Source of the DNA: Anthoceros angustus | Taxonomy: Eukaryota; Plantae; Anthocerotophyta | DNA: 64,000 nt | Assembly (NCBI GenBank): GCA_010909165.1 | Contig: VJWM01000323.1 | Location: 1 to 64,000, forward strand | Direction: 5' to 3' | Shown: positions 24,501-36,932 of the stretch, in pieces | How positions within the stretch are numbered: position 1 is the stretch's first letter | Layout of the letters: each line of letters opens with the position of its first letter | Made by a program: the position numbers and the translations under genes | Notes under the pieces: model-generated | The model's database searches: none | What the model was told of the DNA's origin: nothing | Seen by the model: the letters and a program-made list of their open reading frames with translations, nothing else

Positions 24501-27500
24501 GCAACGGACCACCAACGTTGGTCGATATCCGACCGCTGCCGAGTAAGGGCGGTGGCCCGGATCATTGTCCATCGAACCTACTCACCAAGGTGGATCACCT
24601 TGGTGATAATCTGGTATTCGCACGCGCCGCTGGGGAAGAGGGCGGACCGGGAAGGATTCGCCGCTTAGCTGTGGAGGCTCGCAAGCTGGACCGAGAAGCC
24701 TCGCCATCTGGGCCGCCCCCATACCGATCCATGTATGGGGGCATTGAGCTCCTCAAGGAAGGAGAGCTTGAGCGAGCCCGGAAGGACTGAGGCCCCGCCG
24801 AAGTGGAGCGGCAAGGGCGCCGAGGGAGGAGGCCGTCGTCAAGCCAAACGGACGGAGGAGGACGAGGGAGGGATTCCGACTCCATACGCCGAACGGACCC
24901 CTCACCACCTGTGGAAGTATGGGAAGAAATTCCCGCCTCCTCCGTGCCCCAACCAGAGGCCCAGCAGAAAGCCCGACCCAGCAGCCCCCGCACCCCATCA
25001 CTCAGAGCCCGCAGGAGGGAGCCAAGAGACGCAAGACCACTACCAACGGCACCCCGGGCGGTGCATTCTTCCCCGCCACCTGAGTGGCAAGAAGGCGGAG
25101 GAAGTGAGGAGGGGGGGGGACGCGCCTGTGGAGTGGAGGACACAACAGCACATCGAGCCGGGTCCTGCCGAAGGGGCAAAGGCTTGCTCCCGACTCTCAC
25201 CTCCTCCGAGCCCTGTGGAGGAAAAGGGCGAGCTCGCGCCAAAAGGGCCAAGGAGGGGAAGCTCGAGCCAAAGACTCGTGACCTAAGGGTCCCGATTAGG
25301 TCCGAGAACCCTCCCGACTTCGGACACAGATGGAGGTCCTGGACTGAGATGCCCGCCACGACTTTGTGGGAGCCTCATCAGCCGTGGAAGAAACACGGCG
25401 GTCCTGCCACTGGCCATGGACGTATGCTGGGGTCTCATGGATGGCCGAGAAGACCTGTGGAGGTAAGCCACCCGAGGCGCATGGTACCTCCGTGAGCAGC
25501 TGGAGGGAGCCCAGAGGCGAGAAGGAAGGCCAAGCTCGGATTGAGGGAAAACGCCGGGAGGCGAGAGGGAGGTCCGTCCATCCGCAAGGACCGGACTAAA
25601 TTCCTTCACCGAGGAAAGGCCAAGGAGGCCCAAGCGCGAGGACCTCGCAGTGAGGGGCGAGCGCAGAGAAGCGGAGGACGCCCGGGCGCAGCGTAACGGG
25701 CGCGGATCCGCGGAGGCAGACCGACCAGAGCCAAGCCGAGAGGCTCGTGAAGGTGGCCAAGGAGGCGGAGGCCACCGCGATCACGATCACTCGGCGTGAT
25801 CGAACCGGTGGAGGAGGCGGCCGAGAGCCACGCCAATGGCCGAGCAAGTGCGGAGCACCGACAAGCCGGGCAGAACACTGAGGCCAGACCGGAAATCGGG
25901 ACCCTGTGGCATGCAGAGGTAGAAGGGAGGCGTGGAGTTGGAGGACAAGAAGGACACCTTGGAGTTACAACCCAAGACGCCGGAGCAGCAAGGAATTCTC
26001 AATGGGAGAATCCAGACTTCGAGCAGAGATAGAGCGCCCGCCTCAAGATGGAGCAGGAGGTGGCGAGCAAGCGCGACCAACCAGCCCAAGAAGTCGCGAC
26101 AAGGAGATGGAGGATCTCCGACTCGGCCCCGGAGGTGGAGCAAGCAGGCAGGAGATGGAGGACCGCAAGGAGAGACTTTGAGCCGCAGCCCAAACTATCA
26201 TTGAGAGGAATGGTAGTCTCAGGACATGGTCGCGAACGCGACGGAAATAGAGCGCCCGCCTGCTGGCGGACGGCCGAACGGCGAACAGGAGTGACGCCGA
26301 GATGGAAAAGGGCCCGGTGAAGCGCAGCCCGCCGTGTTGCCCACCGTCTGGAGCGGAGATGGCGGAGTTACCGACGGAAGAGGAGGGCCGAAGGACAAGA
26401 AGCCGCTGGTCCACCGAGGAAGTCAAGGGAATGGCGGGCAACAACTAAAACGGAGGAGTTGGAGCAAGTGAGCAACAATGACGACCTGGAGGAGGTGACC
26501 GAGGCGCCGGCACCAAGGAGAAGCAGCCTCCGCCTATCAACCCGGGCGGAGGTGGAGCAACAAGCGGCAAGCTCCCGAGCATCTATGGCGGGGAGTATCG
26601 GTGCTCCGCACACGTGGAAGAGGCAATCCAGCAAGTGGATTCGGACTTTGCCTATTACCACACCGAGCTCCTCTGAGAGGCCTCTCGCCACGCCACAGAC
26701 GGCCCCTGGAAGGCCCTGAGGGGAAGAAGGGCACGGAGACAGGACCCTAGGGGCCCTGCTTGGAGACGACGGCACAAGGAGGGAGCCCCAGGGAGCGGGA
26801 CGCAGCGGACCCCAAGGTAAGTTCACCACCACCCGATCCAAGGGGGTGAGGGCCCAGGGTGCAACGGGGAGCCAACCCGACCAAGACAAGGGTCGGGTAA
26901 GGAGGAGGACCTAGCAAGACGAGGTCCACGGTGAAGGGGTCCGAGTTTGGAGATCGGACCCCACACGGACCGAGGTCCGAACCCGAGACGAGGGGACCCA
27001 CGGCTGACGGAAATAAACCGGACCTTGGAGTTCAGTTCGAGTCGAGACCGACCTCGAGGTCCTGACCCAAGAAGGAGGAGCCCCTTCGACTTACGCTAGG
27101 GGAGCATGCGTGGCCCCACCGAGGGGGACCCACGGAAGGCTGTGGAGGATGACGTTGTGGTAACGGCGCCGCCGACCGCCGAGCCCAACCCGATGTGATT
27201 CCGGGAAAGGAGGGGTCCACCGCGGATCATCCGATTGCGATTGTCGGAGATTGGACCACCAATCCCGAACCGGACCTTCCCACCACCGCCGGCGAGATAG
27301 GAGGAGGGAAATAGGATGGTAGGCGGCGATTAGGCATACCGAGTCACCGTAATAGGGGTAATAAAGACGCCGACCGGCGTAGTATAAGAGGGTCTGCCCC
27401 AATAAATCATCTTTCCTTGGTGTTGATGCTGCTCTGCACTCGTGTCTTCCCGATAACGTGAGTCCCGAGTCACCGAAAGGTGCACGACCGGAGGGATCGA

Positions 27501-28827
27501 TCGGTCCCGTGACGGACCTAACGTGTTGTGGTGTGTGCAGGGAGTGGTGACTGGGGACCCGTGCTCGTCCCGCAGCCGCGCCACCGAACGGACCGGAACG
27601 TGTGAGCCGGAGGGACTTCGGGAGGGCGTGCGGCGCCCGGACGGAGAGGCCCGGTGGAACGACGGAGGAGGTCCGGACTGTGTAACCCGCGCGTCTTCCC
27701 TTAAGACCGATAAGTGTAGTGTGAGAGAGGAGTGGACGAGAGGTGTGAGAGACGAACGGGAACGGAACGGACGCGAACGGGTCCTTAAACGTTTGGCCAT
27801 ACCGGCCTGTGCGGTGTTGTCGCGAGTAGTTAGACGTGAACTAAGGGGTGTGTGCGTTAGACCGAGTGACGAAGTAAGACTTTAAAATCGCCCGAACGCA
27901 AACGGAGTCCGCTATTCCCTTGGGAACGAACTCCTTCCTACAACGACACGGATTGTGCGCGCTTGCCAAGAAAGTCGGCGCACATGGGCAATCCATAGAG
28001 AAGGTAGAGTCCCCGCCAATCGCTCTAATCTCGAGCCTTTGAAGATCACCGCTATCTCAATTCGATCCGACAGATACCTTTCATGTTTTTCCTGAACATG
28101 TACTCATGAAGTTAAACAGCAGATTTTTATCGCCAGCTTGAAGGCTGAAATCACCGCTACCTTCCTCACCGGATTTCGAAAGAGACTGAATCATTGAGAT
28201 ATCGGGGAGGCGCTTCATTTCCAATAGTCGCCCCTCACAAGCTAATATCTCGCCGATCCGCAGTCTCCGGGTTCCACCAAACGGATTATTGGCCAAAGAT
28301 CCGAATCCAGTTTCCGCCGCTGCGGGTATAATGCCTCATCAAATCAAGCACTGCACTTCAGCACGCAATCTCCCAAGGCCCGCATTCCTACATGCGTGAT
28401 AGCCCAACGTCCAAACAGATCGAGATTTCGCATCCTTCAGCGGGCATCCAAGACCAATTGGCCAGCCGCCACGCCTCGGATCTCACCGCTAGATCGCTGT
28501 CGTGGCGCCTTCGATTTTGTGCGCCCCGATTGGTGGAGAATCGCCCGATCGGCGGGGTGCAGATCCGGTGAGGATTCCGGGCGGCGCTGCTGCCGCTGCT
28601 GCTCGGGCCGAGCCGCCGAATGGTGCCCCGCCGCCGAACTTAAATCGAAGCTTTTTCGGGCGCTTTGACTTCAATGAAAACTCGCTTGGAGTTTCTTTCA
28701 GATGAAACGGCCTCCGCTTCACCGTGTCCGCCTTGATATCAGTTCCCCGGCACCGAGCGCACGTGCCCCTGCTAGCTTGACGTGACTTCTTGGTATCTCG
28801 CCAACTCCTTATAAGTCGCCCTGCCTC

Positions 28828-29100
28828 CCCTACTAGAAAGGGCAGCTTATACATACTGTTGTTGCAATTTTATGTTACATTTAACTTGCAACATCATTTG
28901 AGGCTTGGTATTGTTTGTCATTTCTTTCCCCAAGTGGGCCTACAATCTTAACATTTAACTCGCTCTCTCTCTCCTACTACTACCCTCTTAACTACATCCC
29001 TCTCATATGCATTGTTTATGAATTCCCTCATGCAATTGCAACATGATCGAATAAGGGACCCTCTCTCTCTTCTCTTCCGCTCCCCCATCTTTATTACACT
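28828..29100 (+). mobile_element. Orphan left end of the CCCTA-type CACTA-like element
   Basis: Starts CCCTACTAGAAAGGGCAGC and is colinear with 30446-30715. Confidence 0.85.
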
Positions 29101-29450
29101 GCAAGTAAAAGGGCGCCCCGAGTGGAGAAGGTTGGTCTTAAGTAGGGACGAAATCATGGTGTGGATCAGGGGTCCCTGGCGCCCGTGATAGGCTCCTCTA
29201 AGGCAAGGTGACCTGCAATTGTGTTGTGTTGTTGTAGGTCGAGGATTGGTGATTTTTCTGAGCAAAGGTGGGTGAGTGGAGAGAGAGTAGAGGGCCTTGC
29301 TTGTTTAGGAGGTTGAGTTGTGTCACTCAGTAGCGATTGTTTTCAAGACTCGAACTTTCACACGAAGTCTCATGGGACGAAACCCAACGACGATAGTGAT
29401 AAGTGTGGCCGCTAGAGGGGAAGCCTCAAGCCCCGGGTTTTCCTCCCACA
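29101..29450 (+). repeat. Giant-LTR 3'-terminal fragment
   Basis: Homologous to the LTR end; terminates CCCCGGGTTTTCCTCCCACA at 29450. Confidence 0.8.
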
Positions 29451-30445
29451 CCCGATGATGACGCACATCATACCACAGTCCCCAAATGGTTTGTGGATAG
29501 TCGATGGTCGCTGTTAGTCCGCACTCACGCTTGATGCCAACATGACCACAAGAGGCGCTTGACCTACCGGGATCGTGTCACCAAATCATGGCGTGTTGCG
29601 TGAAGGTTGGAGGAGGCGGGTGCAGACCTCACCAAGGATCCCTCGTGGTGTTCCTTGTACACCAAGGAACATGAATCAGATTCCACTGCGGGGATGAGTC
29701 CAGTACGTGGCCACGCCATGAAGAAGCGGATAATTCCCATGCATGCTAAGGCCGGGTTGTTTCAATTGAGGAAGGAGGGTGTTCACGGAAATCCCTCGTG
29801 GCCGATGCACCTTTCAAAGGAGAGAAGGGAGGTCACAAGCACGGGCCATTCCACCCCAAACCATTGAGCGAACATTTGTGGCGCTTAGGGACATGCAATG
29901 GTGGGTTTTGCAGAAGGCGTGCAAGGAGTTCCTTTATCAAGAGCAACTCCGACGCGTGTCACGGGACTTCAAGCCATGCCGCAACAAGCAGCGCGTATAC
30001 CAATGTCCAAGGCCAATTTCCATGAGCAACGTTATCGCTCGAGAATGGGAGGCGAGCAAGAGATATTTCTCGCCTCCCGTGGGACTTAGGTGTCAGAAAG
30101 GACAAGGTCATCACGCATATAATGGGAGCGCGATATCGGTGTTGTTTGCAAGCTTTTCAAGAGTATACCGTGATCGGCTCAGAGGCACGAGGAGTTGAAG
30201 AGCGTGGTGTTGCAATGCACCGTGGATGGGTTAAGAGGAATCAGCGACAACCATCTACATTCGGGAGCCGTTCGGATGGATAATGCCAAGTGAAAGGTTG
30301 CCAAACGTTGATGTGTTCCACAGGACACGCTCAAAGTTGGAGATCCACCCTGATCGCTGGATATGACACCCCATCTAGTATGAAGTTCGGTGTCGCATCC
30401 TTATTTTCTGACTCTCTGGAGGACCAACTTCCCGAAGGTTAGGAT

Positions 30446-33400
30446 CCCTACTAGAAAGGGCAGCCTATGTTACAGTTGTTGTTGCAATTTTATGTTATAC
30501 TTCTAACTTGCAACATCATTTGGAGGCTTGGTATTAAGTTTGTCATTTCTTTCCCCAAGTGGGCCTACAATCTTAACACGAACTCGCTCTCTCTCCTACC
30601 ACTTCACCCTCTTAACTACATCCCTCTCATATGCATTGTTTATGAATTCCTCATGCAATTGCAACATGATCAATAAGGACCCTCTCTTCTTCCATTCCCC
30701 ATCTTTATTACACCCCATTGGGAGTACAATTAGTTAAGGTTTTTCCTAGCGCTTTCTTTGCACTCTCTTCACAACTATTTGTTAATGGTGCCTGCATCAA
30801 TATCACAAGAACATGCCCATTAAGTCACCTTTAAAGGTGACCTAAACATAATATTATTTATATGTCTAAGTTCAGGTCCGAGGCTCACTCTGCTGAGGCA
30901 AGGAGGAGAAGGAGGGAGAGGAGGAAGGGAGAGGAGGTGGAGGAGGAGAGGAGGAGAGGAGGAAGGGAGAGGCAAGGAGGAAATAGGGAGAGGGATCCGA
31001 GGTAGAGGAGGAGGAGGAGGAGGAGGAGGAGGAGGAGGAGGAGAGGCAATGAGGAAAGGGGAGAGGGATCCGAGGTAGAGGAGGAGGAGGAGGAGGAGGA
31101 GGAGGAGGAGAGGAGGGCAGAGGGAAGGAGGAGGAGGGAAAGCGAAAGGAGAGGGGAGATTATAAGGAGGAGGAGGGAAGATGGAAAGAAGAGGAGCAAG
31201 AGGAGGGAGAGGGAAGGAAGAGGAGGGGAGGGAGAAGAGGAGGGTAGATGGAAAGGAGGAGGGAGGGAGAGGGAAAGAAAGAGGCCCGCTCCATGCCGTG
31301 GATTTCAAGTAAAGACCCGCAAGTCGTGATTTCTAGTCTCAATTTTTCACCGATGCGTAACTGTGACATGACGAGGTGACGGATGGTGGCGTATGATCAC
31401 GTGTACACCCGCAGCATCTTGTACTTCCAATATCGTGATTTCCTCTCAAATTTTCAGCGTAATTAGCTAGTGTCATTTGATGTTAGAGAAGGCGATAGGC
31501 AAGGAGGAAAAGGGGACGGGATCCGAGGTAGATAAGGAGGAGGAGGAGGAGGAGCAGGAGAGTCAAGGAGGAGGGAGAGAGGGATCTGAGGAGGAGGAGG
31601 AGGAGGAGGAGGAGGAGGAGGAGGAGGAGGAGGAGGAGGGAGGAGGAGGAGGAGGAGGAGGAGGAGGAGGAGGAGGAGGAGGAGGAGGAGGAGGAGGAGG
31701 AGGAGGAGGGAGGAGGAGGAGGAGGAGGAGGAGGAGGAGGAGGAGGAGGAGGAGGAGGAGGAGGAGGAGGAGGAGGAGGAGGAGGAGAGGAGGAGGAGGA
31801 GGAGAGGAGGAGGAGGAGGAGGAGGAGGAGGAGGAGGAGGAGGAGGAGGAGGAGGAGGAGGAGGAGGAGGAGGAGAGGAGGGAGGAGGAGGAGGAGGAGG
31901 AGGAGGAGGAGGAGGAGGAGGAGGAGGAGGAGGAGGAGAGGAGGAGGAGGAGGAGGAGGAGGAGGAGAGGAGGAGGAGGAGGAGGAGGAGGAGGAGGAGG
32001 AGGAGGAGGAGGAGAGGAGGAAATGGAGGAGGAGAGGAGGAGGAGGAGGAGAGGAGGAGGAGGAGGAGGAGGAGGAAGGAGGGAGAGGGAAGAGGAGGAG
32101 GAGGAGGAGAGGCAAGGAGGAAAAGGGGAGAGGAGGAAGAGGGAGGAGGAGGAGGAGGAAGGAGGGAGGAAGGAGGGAGGAAGGAGGGGAGATGGAAGAA
32201 GGAGGAGGAAGGAGGGAGGAAGGAGGGGAGATGGAAGAAGGAGGAGGAGGGAGGAAGGAGGGAGGAAGGAGGGAGGAAGGAGGGGGGAGATGGAAGAAGG
32301 AGGAGGGAGAGGGAAGGAAGAGGAGGAGGCCCGCTCCATGCCGTGATTTCAAGTAGAGACCCAATCCATGCCGTGATTTCCAGAGAGACCCATTCCATGC
32401 TGTGATTTCCGCTCAATTTTTCAGTTGATGCGTAACCACCGTGACATGATGTTGGTGAAGGGATGGTGGCGGGCGGGATCACGTACCCGCGTATCTTGTA
32501 GAGCATTGCAAGGTCGTGCCAAGACCTGCTCCAATCGTGATTTCTCTCAAATTTTCAGGCGTAACTAGCTAGTGCGATTTGATGTTAGAGAAGGCGATAG
32601 TAGCATGGCGGGTGTCTCGTGTACATGTACAATCGCAAGTAGTTGCAAGGTCGCCAAGACCCATTCCATGCTTATTTCTTATCTCAAATTTTCAGCGATG
32701 CGTGTACTATGATGTGAAGTTAGGGAAGGCGATGGAAGAAGGCAGAGGAGGATAGGAGTGGAGCAACCAACAGCAGCCATGGTCGAGGCAAGGGCAAAAA
32801 GGCGCAGGACATGAGGCGGTTGTCTAGGGGAGAGAGAAGGAGGGAGGACTTGAGCCACCATAGCAAACATGGGTCCGCTGTAGCACAAACTCGAGGCACA
32901 AAAGGCACCGAGTGCTCAAGGACAAACTAGTAAACGACGTGGACGTGTACAAAGTATGTACGTTATCCGTGTGACGTATATGCTTATTTTATATAAAATA
33001 GAATATGACCATATATCACAGGAAATTACCATATAGTATATGTTACCATGAACAATACGTGTATTTTACAAAGAATGTATTCATACATGTATTTTTATAT
33101 ATGTGTATTCATACGAGTATCGGTGGGAACTACTAAGTAAAACTAGGTATTCCATAGGGTAATAGTAGTAAAAAGAGGAAGGTAGATGGGGAGGAGGTTC
33201 GGTACCAAGCCAACGTAACAAGAGACGATGTAACACTTTGGTTGTTGCAATTATGTTGAAATTTTGAGAGGGACACAAACCACCTCTCACTACATTGCAA
33301 CATAATTGCAACAAGACTTACATGACGTAATAAGGTGGAGGGTTGGTTTCCAAACCTAATCGTAATAAGGGGTCCCAAAAGTGTAACAAGACCCCAAGAT

Positions 33401-33470
33401 TTTAACATAATTGCAACAAAGGGGTCCAAATCTTAACATAAAGTGTAACATATGCCCTTTTCTAGTAGGG
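30446..33470. mobile_element. Non-autonomous CACTA/CMC-like DNA transposon with CCCTA termini (3025 bp)
   Basis: TIRs CCCTACTAGAAA-GGGCA and CCCTACTAGAAAAGGGCA, with a 3-bp TSD GAT (30443-30445, 33471-33473). No transposase seen. Confidence 0.9.
30895..32335 (+). repeat. (GGA)n / polypurine microsatellite in two blocks (~30895-31265 and ~31490-32335)
   Basis: Near-pure GGA run from ~31590 to ~32060, flanked by degenerate GA-only sequence. Confidence 0.98.
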
Positions 33471-33559
33471 GATTCCGAAGTCTAATAGGTTTTCCACTAG
33501 CTCTTTATGTGAGAAGCGCACTCCCCAAACACTTCCAGAGAGCAGATAAGGTTTGTTCT

Positions 33560-34870
33560 TCATATCATGCTGGGTAGTGCATAGTTTCTAAGAACCATTC
33601 TGCTGAAGGATGCATGACTACCTTGTTTACATGTCCTGTGCGGAGTGTATATGCATATGTGGCTTCTTAAAAAGGTAGGCCATCGGCAGGCTTGCGTCTC
33701 AGTTGTCGTAGAGGTGTGGCAATCTAGATACCAGCGTGCAATAGTCACACAGGTTGCAGCTAGGAGGAAACGTGCTTCCATTGTATTGGGGGCCAGCACC
33801 CTTTCGATTACATGGGACGGGGCGCGGCGGGCCGCGCCTGCGGGGAACCTTTGGCCGGCAAAGCTTTCATTATGTCGGTCCAGGAGGGCCCGGCATGCCT
33901 AACTTAGGCGTTCACCCATGTTCATGTTATAATTACACTGGTTGTGCAATAATACCGTCTGATTTAATACTCGTCTGATCTCCATTTATGCGAGAGGTTT
34001 CTGAAGGAGCATTGGCATCACAGTGCGACTAAGCAATGAGAGAGACAAAGCAGCAAAACATCGGTCCAAAAGTTATAAATCAAGTATATGCAACTTGCTA
34101 TCGATGGCATGGACCGAGAAGAGAGCTCCCTCATTTCCTCCGATATCCCAAAGAGTTGGCGGAGGCATCACTTATTAATGTTCATGTGGTGGGATGTATG
34201 ATACATAATTGCACTTTCAAGGCGAGGGCATATTTACACTACGCTAATGCATAACGACGCCAATCTCACTATCCATATAATTCGTGATGTCATATTTTCT
34301 TATGAAGGGTGCTTCCTAAAAGTTCTTTACCTCCACCGGATAATACTTGCCGTGAGAACAAGAACCAGCCTACTATTCGCATTCTAAATATGCTCATCGA
34401 CCTTCGTGTGTTCGTTAAAATAAAGGTTGGGTTCCTATTGGTTAGTCATACCCATGATCAAAGTTGATCAAATGTTTTCTGCTTCTAGGCACAAAGAAGC
34501 TTACTATACACTTTCGAGATCTCTACAGTGGGCTTTCACCCCAACGCCCGGGTTAAAGTAATAATAGAGGTGGTAGATTTTCGGTCTTATGTATGGCCCA
34601 TTAAGAAGGGGACGAGAGGATATGCATACAAGGCGCCGGGAATAATAACTGCCCTTCCAACATCAATTTAAAATCATGAGAGAGGAACGGCGGGACCGAG
34701 GTCAAGTTACGGTCATCCGAAGTAAGCAGTACTCAACCTCCCCTCAATGGGAATCAAAAGATGGTTTGGAATTTTTGAAATTTGTTCCAACAACCACCGT
34801 ACTGAAGAGAATTGAGGACTTGCTCAAAGGATCTTATACATTGATTATGATAATAGAAAGTACATTGAGT
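33560..34870 (+). pseudogene. DDE DNA transposase remnant, Sola2/DUF7869-like (29.5-30.4k may be its N-terminal part)
   Basis: LPHFLRYPKEL...HVVGCMIHN...ARAYLHYAN, then DNTCRENKNQ...LIDLRVFVKIKVGFLLVSHTHD..DQMFS at ~34340-34490, matching the DN(C/T)xxENKN...GHTHxxxD signature. Confidence 0.7.
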
Positions 34871-34875
34871 TTATA

Positions 34876-35023
34876 TGAAGTAGGTGGTTATAGGTTGTTG
34901 TAACCAATTAACCATAAATAACTAAAGCAACTACTTCTAACCCTAAGAATTAATTAATTATTAATTCTAGGGATTTATAGGAGCCCTAATGAATAGTGCC
35001 CTAATATGCAAGGTATTTCATCA
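34876..35023 (-). repeat. Copia B 3' LTR (148 bp)
   Basis: TGAAGTAGG...TTTCATCA followed by ctcccact, the same PPT complement as in Copia A. Confidence 0.75.
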
Positions 35024-36932
35024 CTCCCACTCACTATGAAATAGGGGTAAAAACTAGCTATCCAATGAGCTAAGTAGCTAAGGAGAACTCCCACTTATTG
35101 AAAAATAGGAGCCTAAAAAGTTGAAATGAAAACTTGAATTGAAAAATACATTTCATTGTTATTGTCTCCATAATAAAGTTGAAATAGCTAGCCTTGATAA
35201 CGGGCTGTAAATATGGCATAAGAAATATATCACTGAAAAAATATGGTCTTCAATTCAATAAGTAAAAGGGTAAGGCCATATTTCCCTCCAACCACTAAAA
35301 ACGGGTGTACAGGAAACCCGTCTCCATCCACAAGTTGCTTCATTCTGACAAGGGCAAGCAAGAGCTATGGCGAGGTTGAAAATGCCTAGAGGAAGCATAT
35401 GCGAACAAACAGCGCGGGCGCCATGACTGAGAGTAGGAGGGCATCACTTGCCTACAGGGACTCTCGCGGCCGATTTGCAGGAGTCCCTGTCAACAGAAAA
35501 CGGCCTCCAAAGGCCCATCATGCACAAACAACTCCGTCTTCACGAAGGCCGAAAATCCAACATACCTCTCGGCGTCCACGAGGAAACCATCAGCAAACAA
35601 CAAGCTTGATCATCTTGTCTTCTTCAGATGACGAAAACGGAGAAGAGGAAGAAGAAGATTGGAGCCATGCCTCTAGAGAAGACAGAAAAGGTGAGATACC
35701 TCCTTTCTTCCCTTCTTATTGTGCTTGTGGAAAAGCCGTAGGACACATGCTCCATGCTCCTTGGTACTTGTGGCACCACCCTCCTGCTAACCAACCAAGT
35801 GTGGACGATGAAGGTGAAAACCCATGTTTGCAGATGCCACACGACACCACCCACGATACGGATCTGTAGGGTCCTCCTTGGGGTTGTGTGCATGCCTCGA
35901 GGCTGGGATGGCTACCAAAACAAAGAGGAACACTCCCCCAAAATTGCTAGTGACCCAGGTGAGATGCGGCGCCGGGCCATATGTGGAGGAGGAGGCGCTG
36001 CAGATCGCAGCATCGCTTGCTAGCAGCCCATAAGCACGCCTTGGGGCTGTCACATCTTGAATGTATTGGAAGCTGACAGACACGCTCCTCTCTTGGTGGA
36101 GTCTTCCTTCTTACATCCTACAGATGGCACATGGACGCCTCTCCTCCACAAACTGTTCTTGAGAAGAAGGCTTGGATTGGAATATCTTGTGCTCGAGATG
36201 GTTGCAGCGGGCTGACGTGATTCCTTGTGAAGCTGATTATTACATCTGTAGATAAGATTACACATCCAAGTTGTATGTGGCTAAGGTGTCTTGGATCTTT
36301 GGCATGTGCAGAGGCTAGAGATAAGGATAAGGGAAAAGCTGACTGACAAAGACACAAGTATGTATTTTCCTTTGTCATTCGGTGAGGATCCCTTAGAGTA
36401 TTTCGTGGCTGATATAAGAAAATAGCTAACGAAATTTCTACTTGCATAAATTGGATGCTTCTCAAAAATGTAACAGGAGAAATGCTAATATCCCAACATG
36501 CGAACGTGGCTACTATAAACCAGGCTTGTTGCCCCTAGGGACTATGAAAAGAAAGTCTATGTTGTTACCCTAGGGAAGGAAACTAGTCGAGGTGATGCCA
36601 TGAGCCTATGTCCGTGAGGAAACATGGATCCATATGATGAAGATAGCTCTACCATGTGAGGAATTTCGGGCACATGAAACACGTGTTTCGTAAGTGCCTT
36701 TGGTGTTAATCCCATTATATATAACTTTATTATATTAAATATATAATACTTTATTATATTAATATTAATATATGCTAAAACTACAAGGGCATTTTGCAGG
36801 ATGTGTGTGGACAATTAATGATGAGGCGAAAAGGATGACAACTCCTATTTGAAATAGAAGAGGAAATTTATGAAGAGGAAATAAACTTAAGTATTTCGGG
36901 CTGTAATTATGAAATTAACTTAATTCCGCCCA

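Noticed and set aside
27091-27402. Minus-strand Gypsy gag (GPVRDWWSNLR)
   Set aside because: A single short motif with no protease, RT, PBS or LTR support; neighbouring coding signal favours the plus strand.
31463-32506. Long ORFs (258-347 aa) of poly-Pro/Ser/Leu or poly-Glu/Gly/Arg
   Set aside because: They arise because the (GGA)n tract has no stop codons; they are not proteins.
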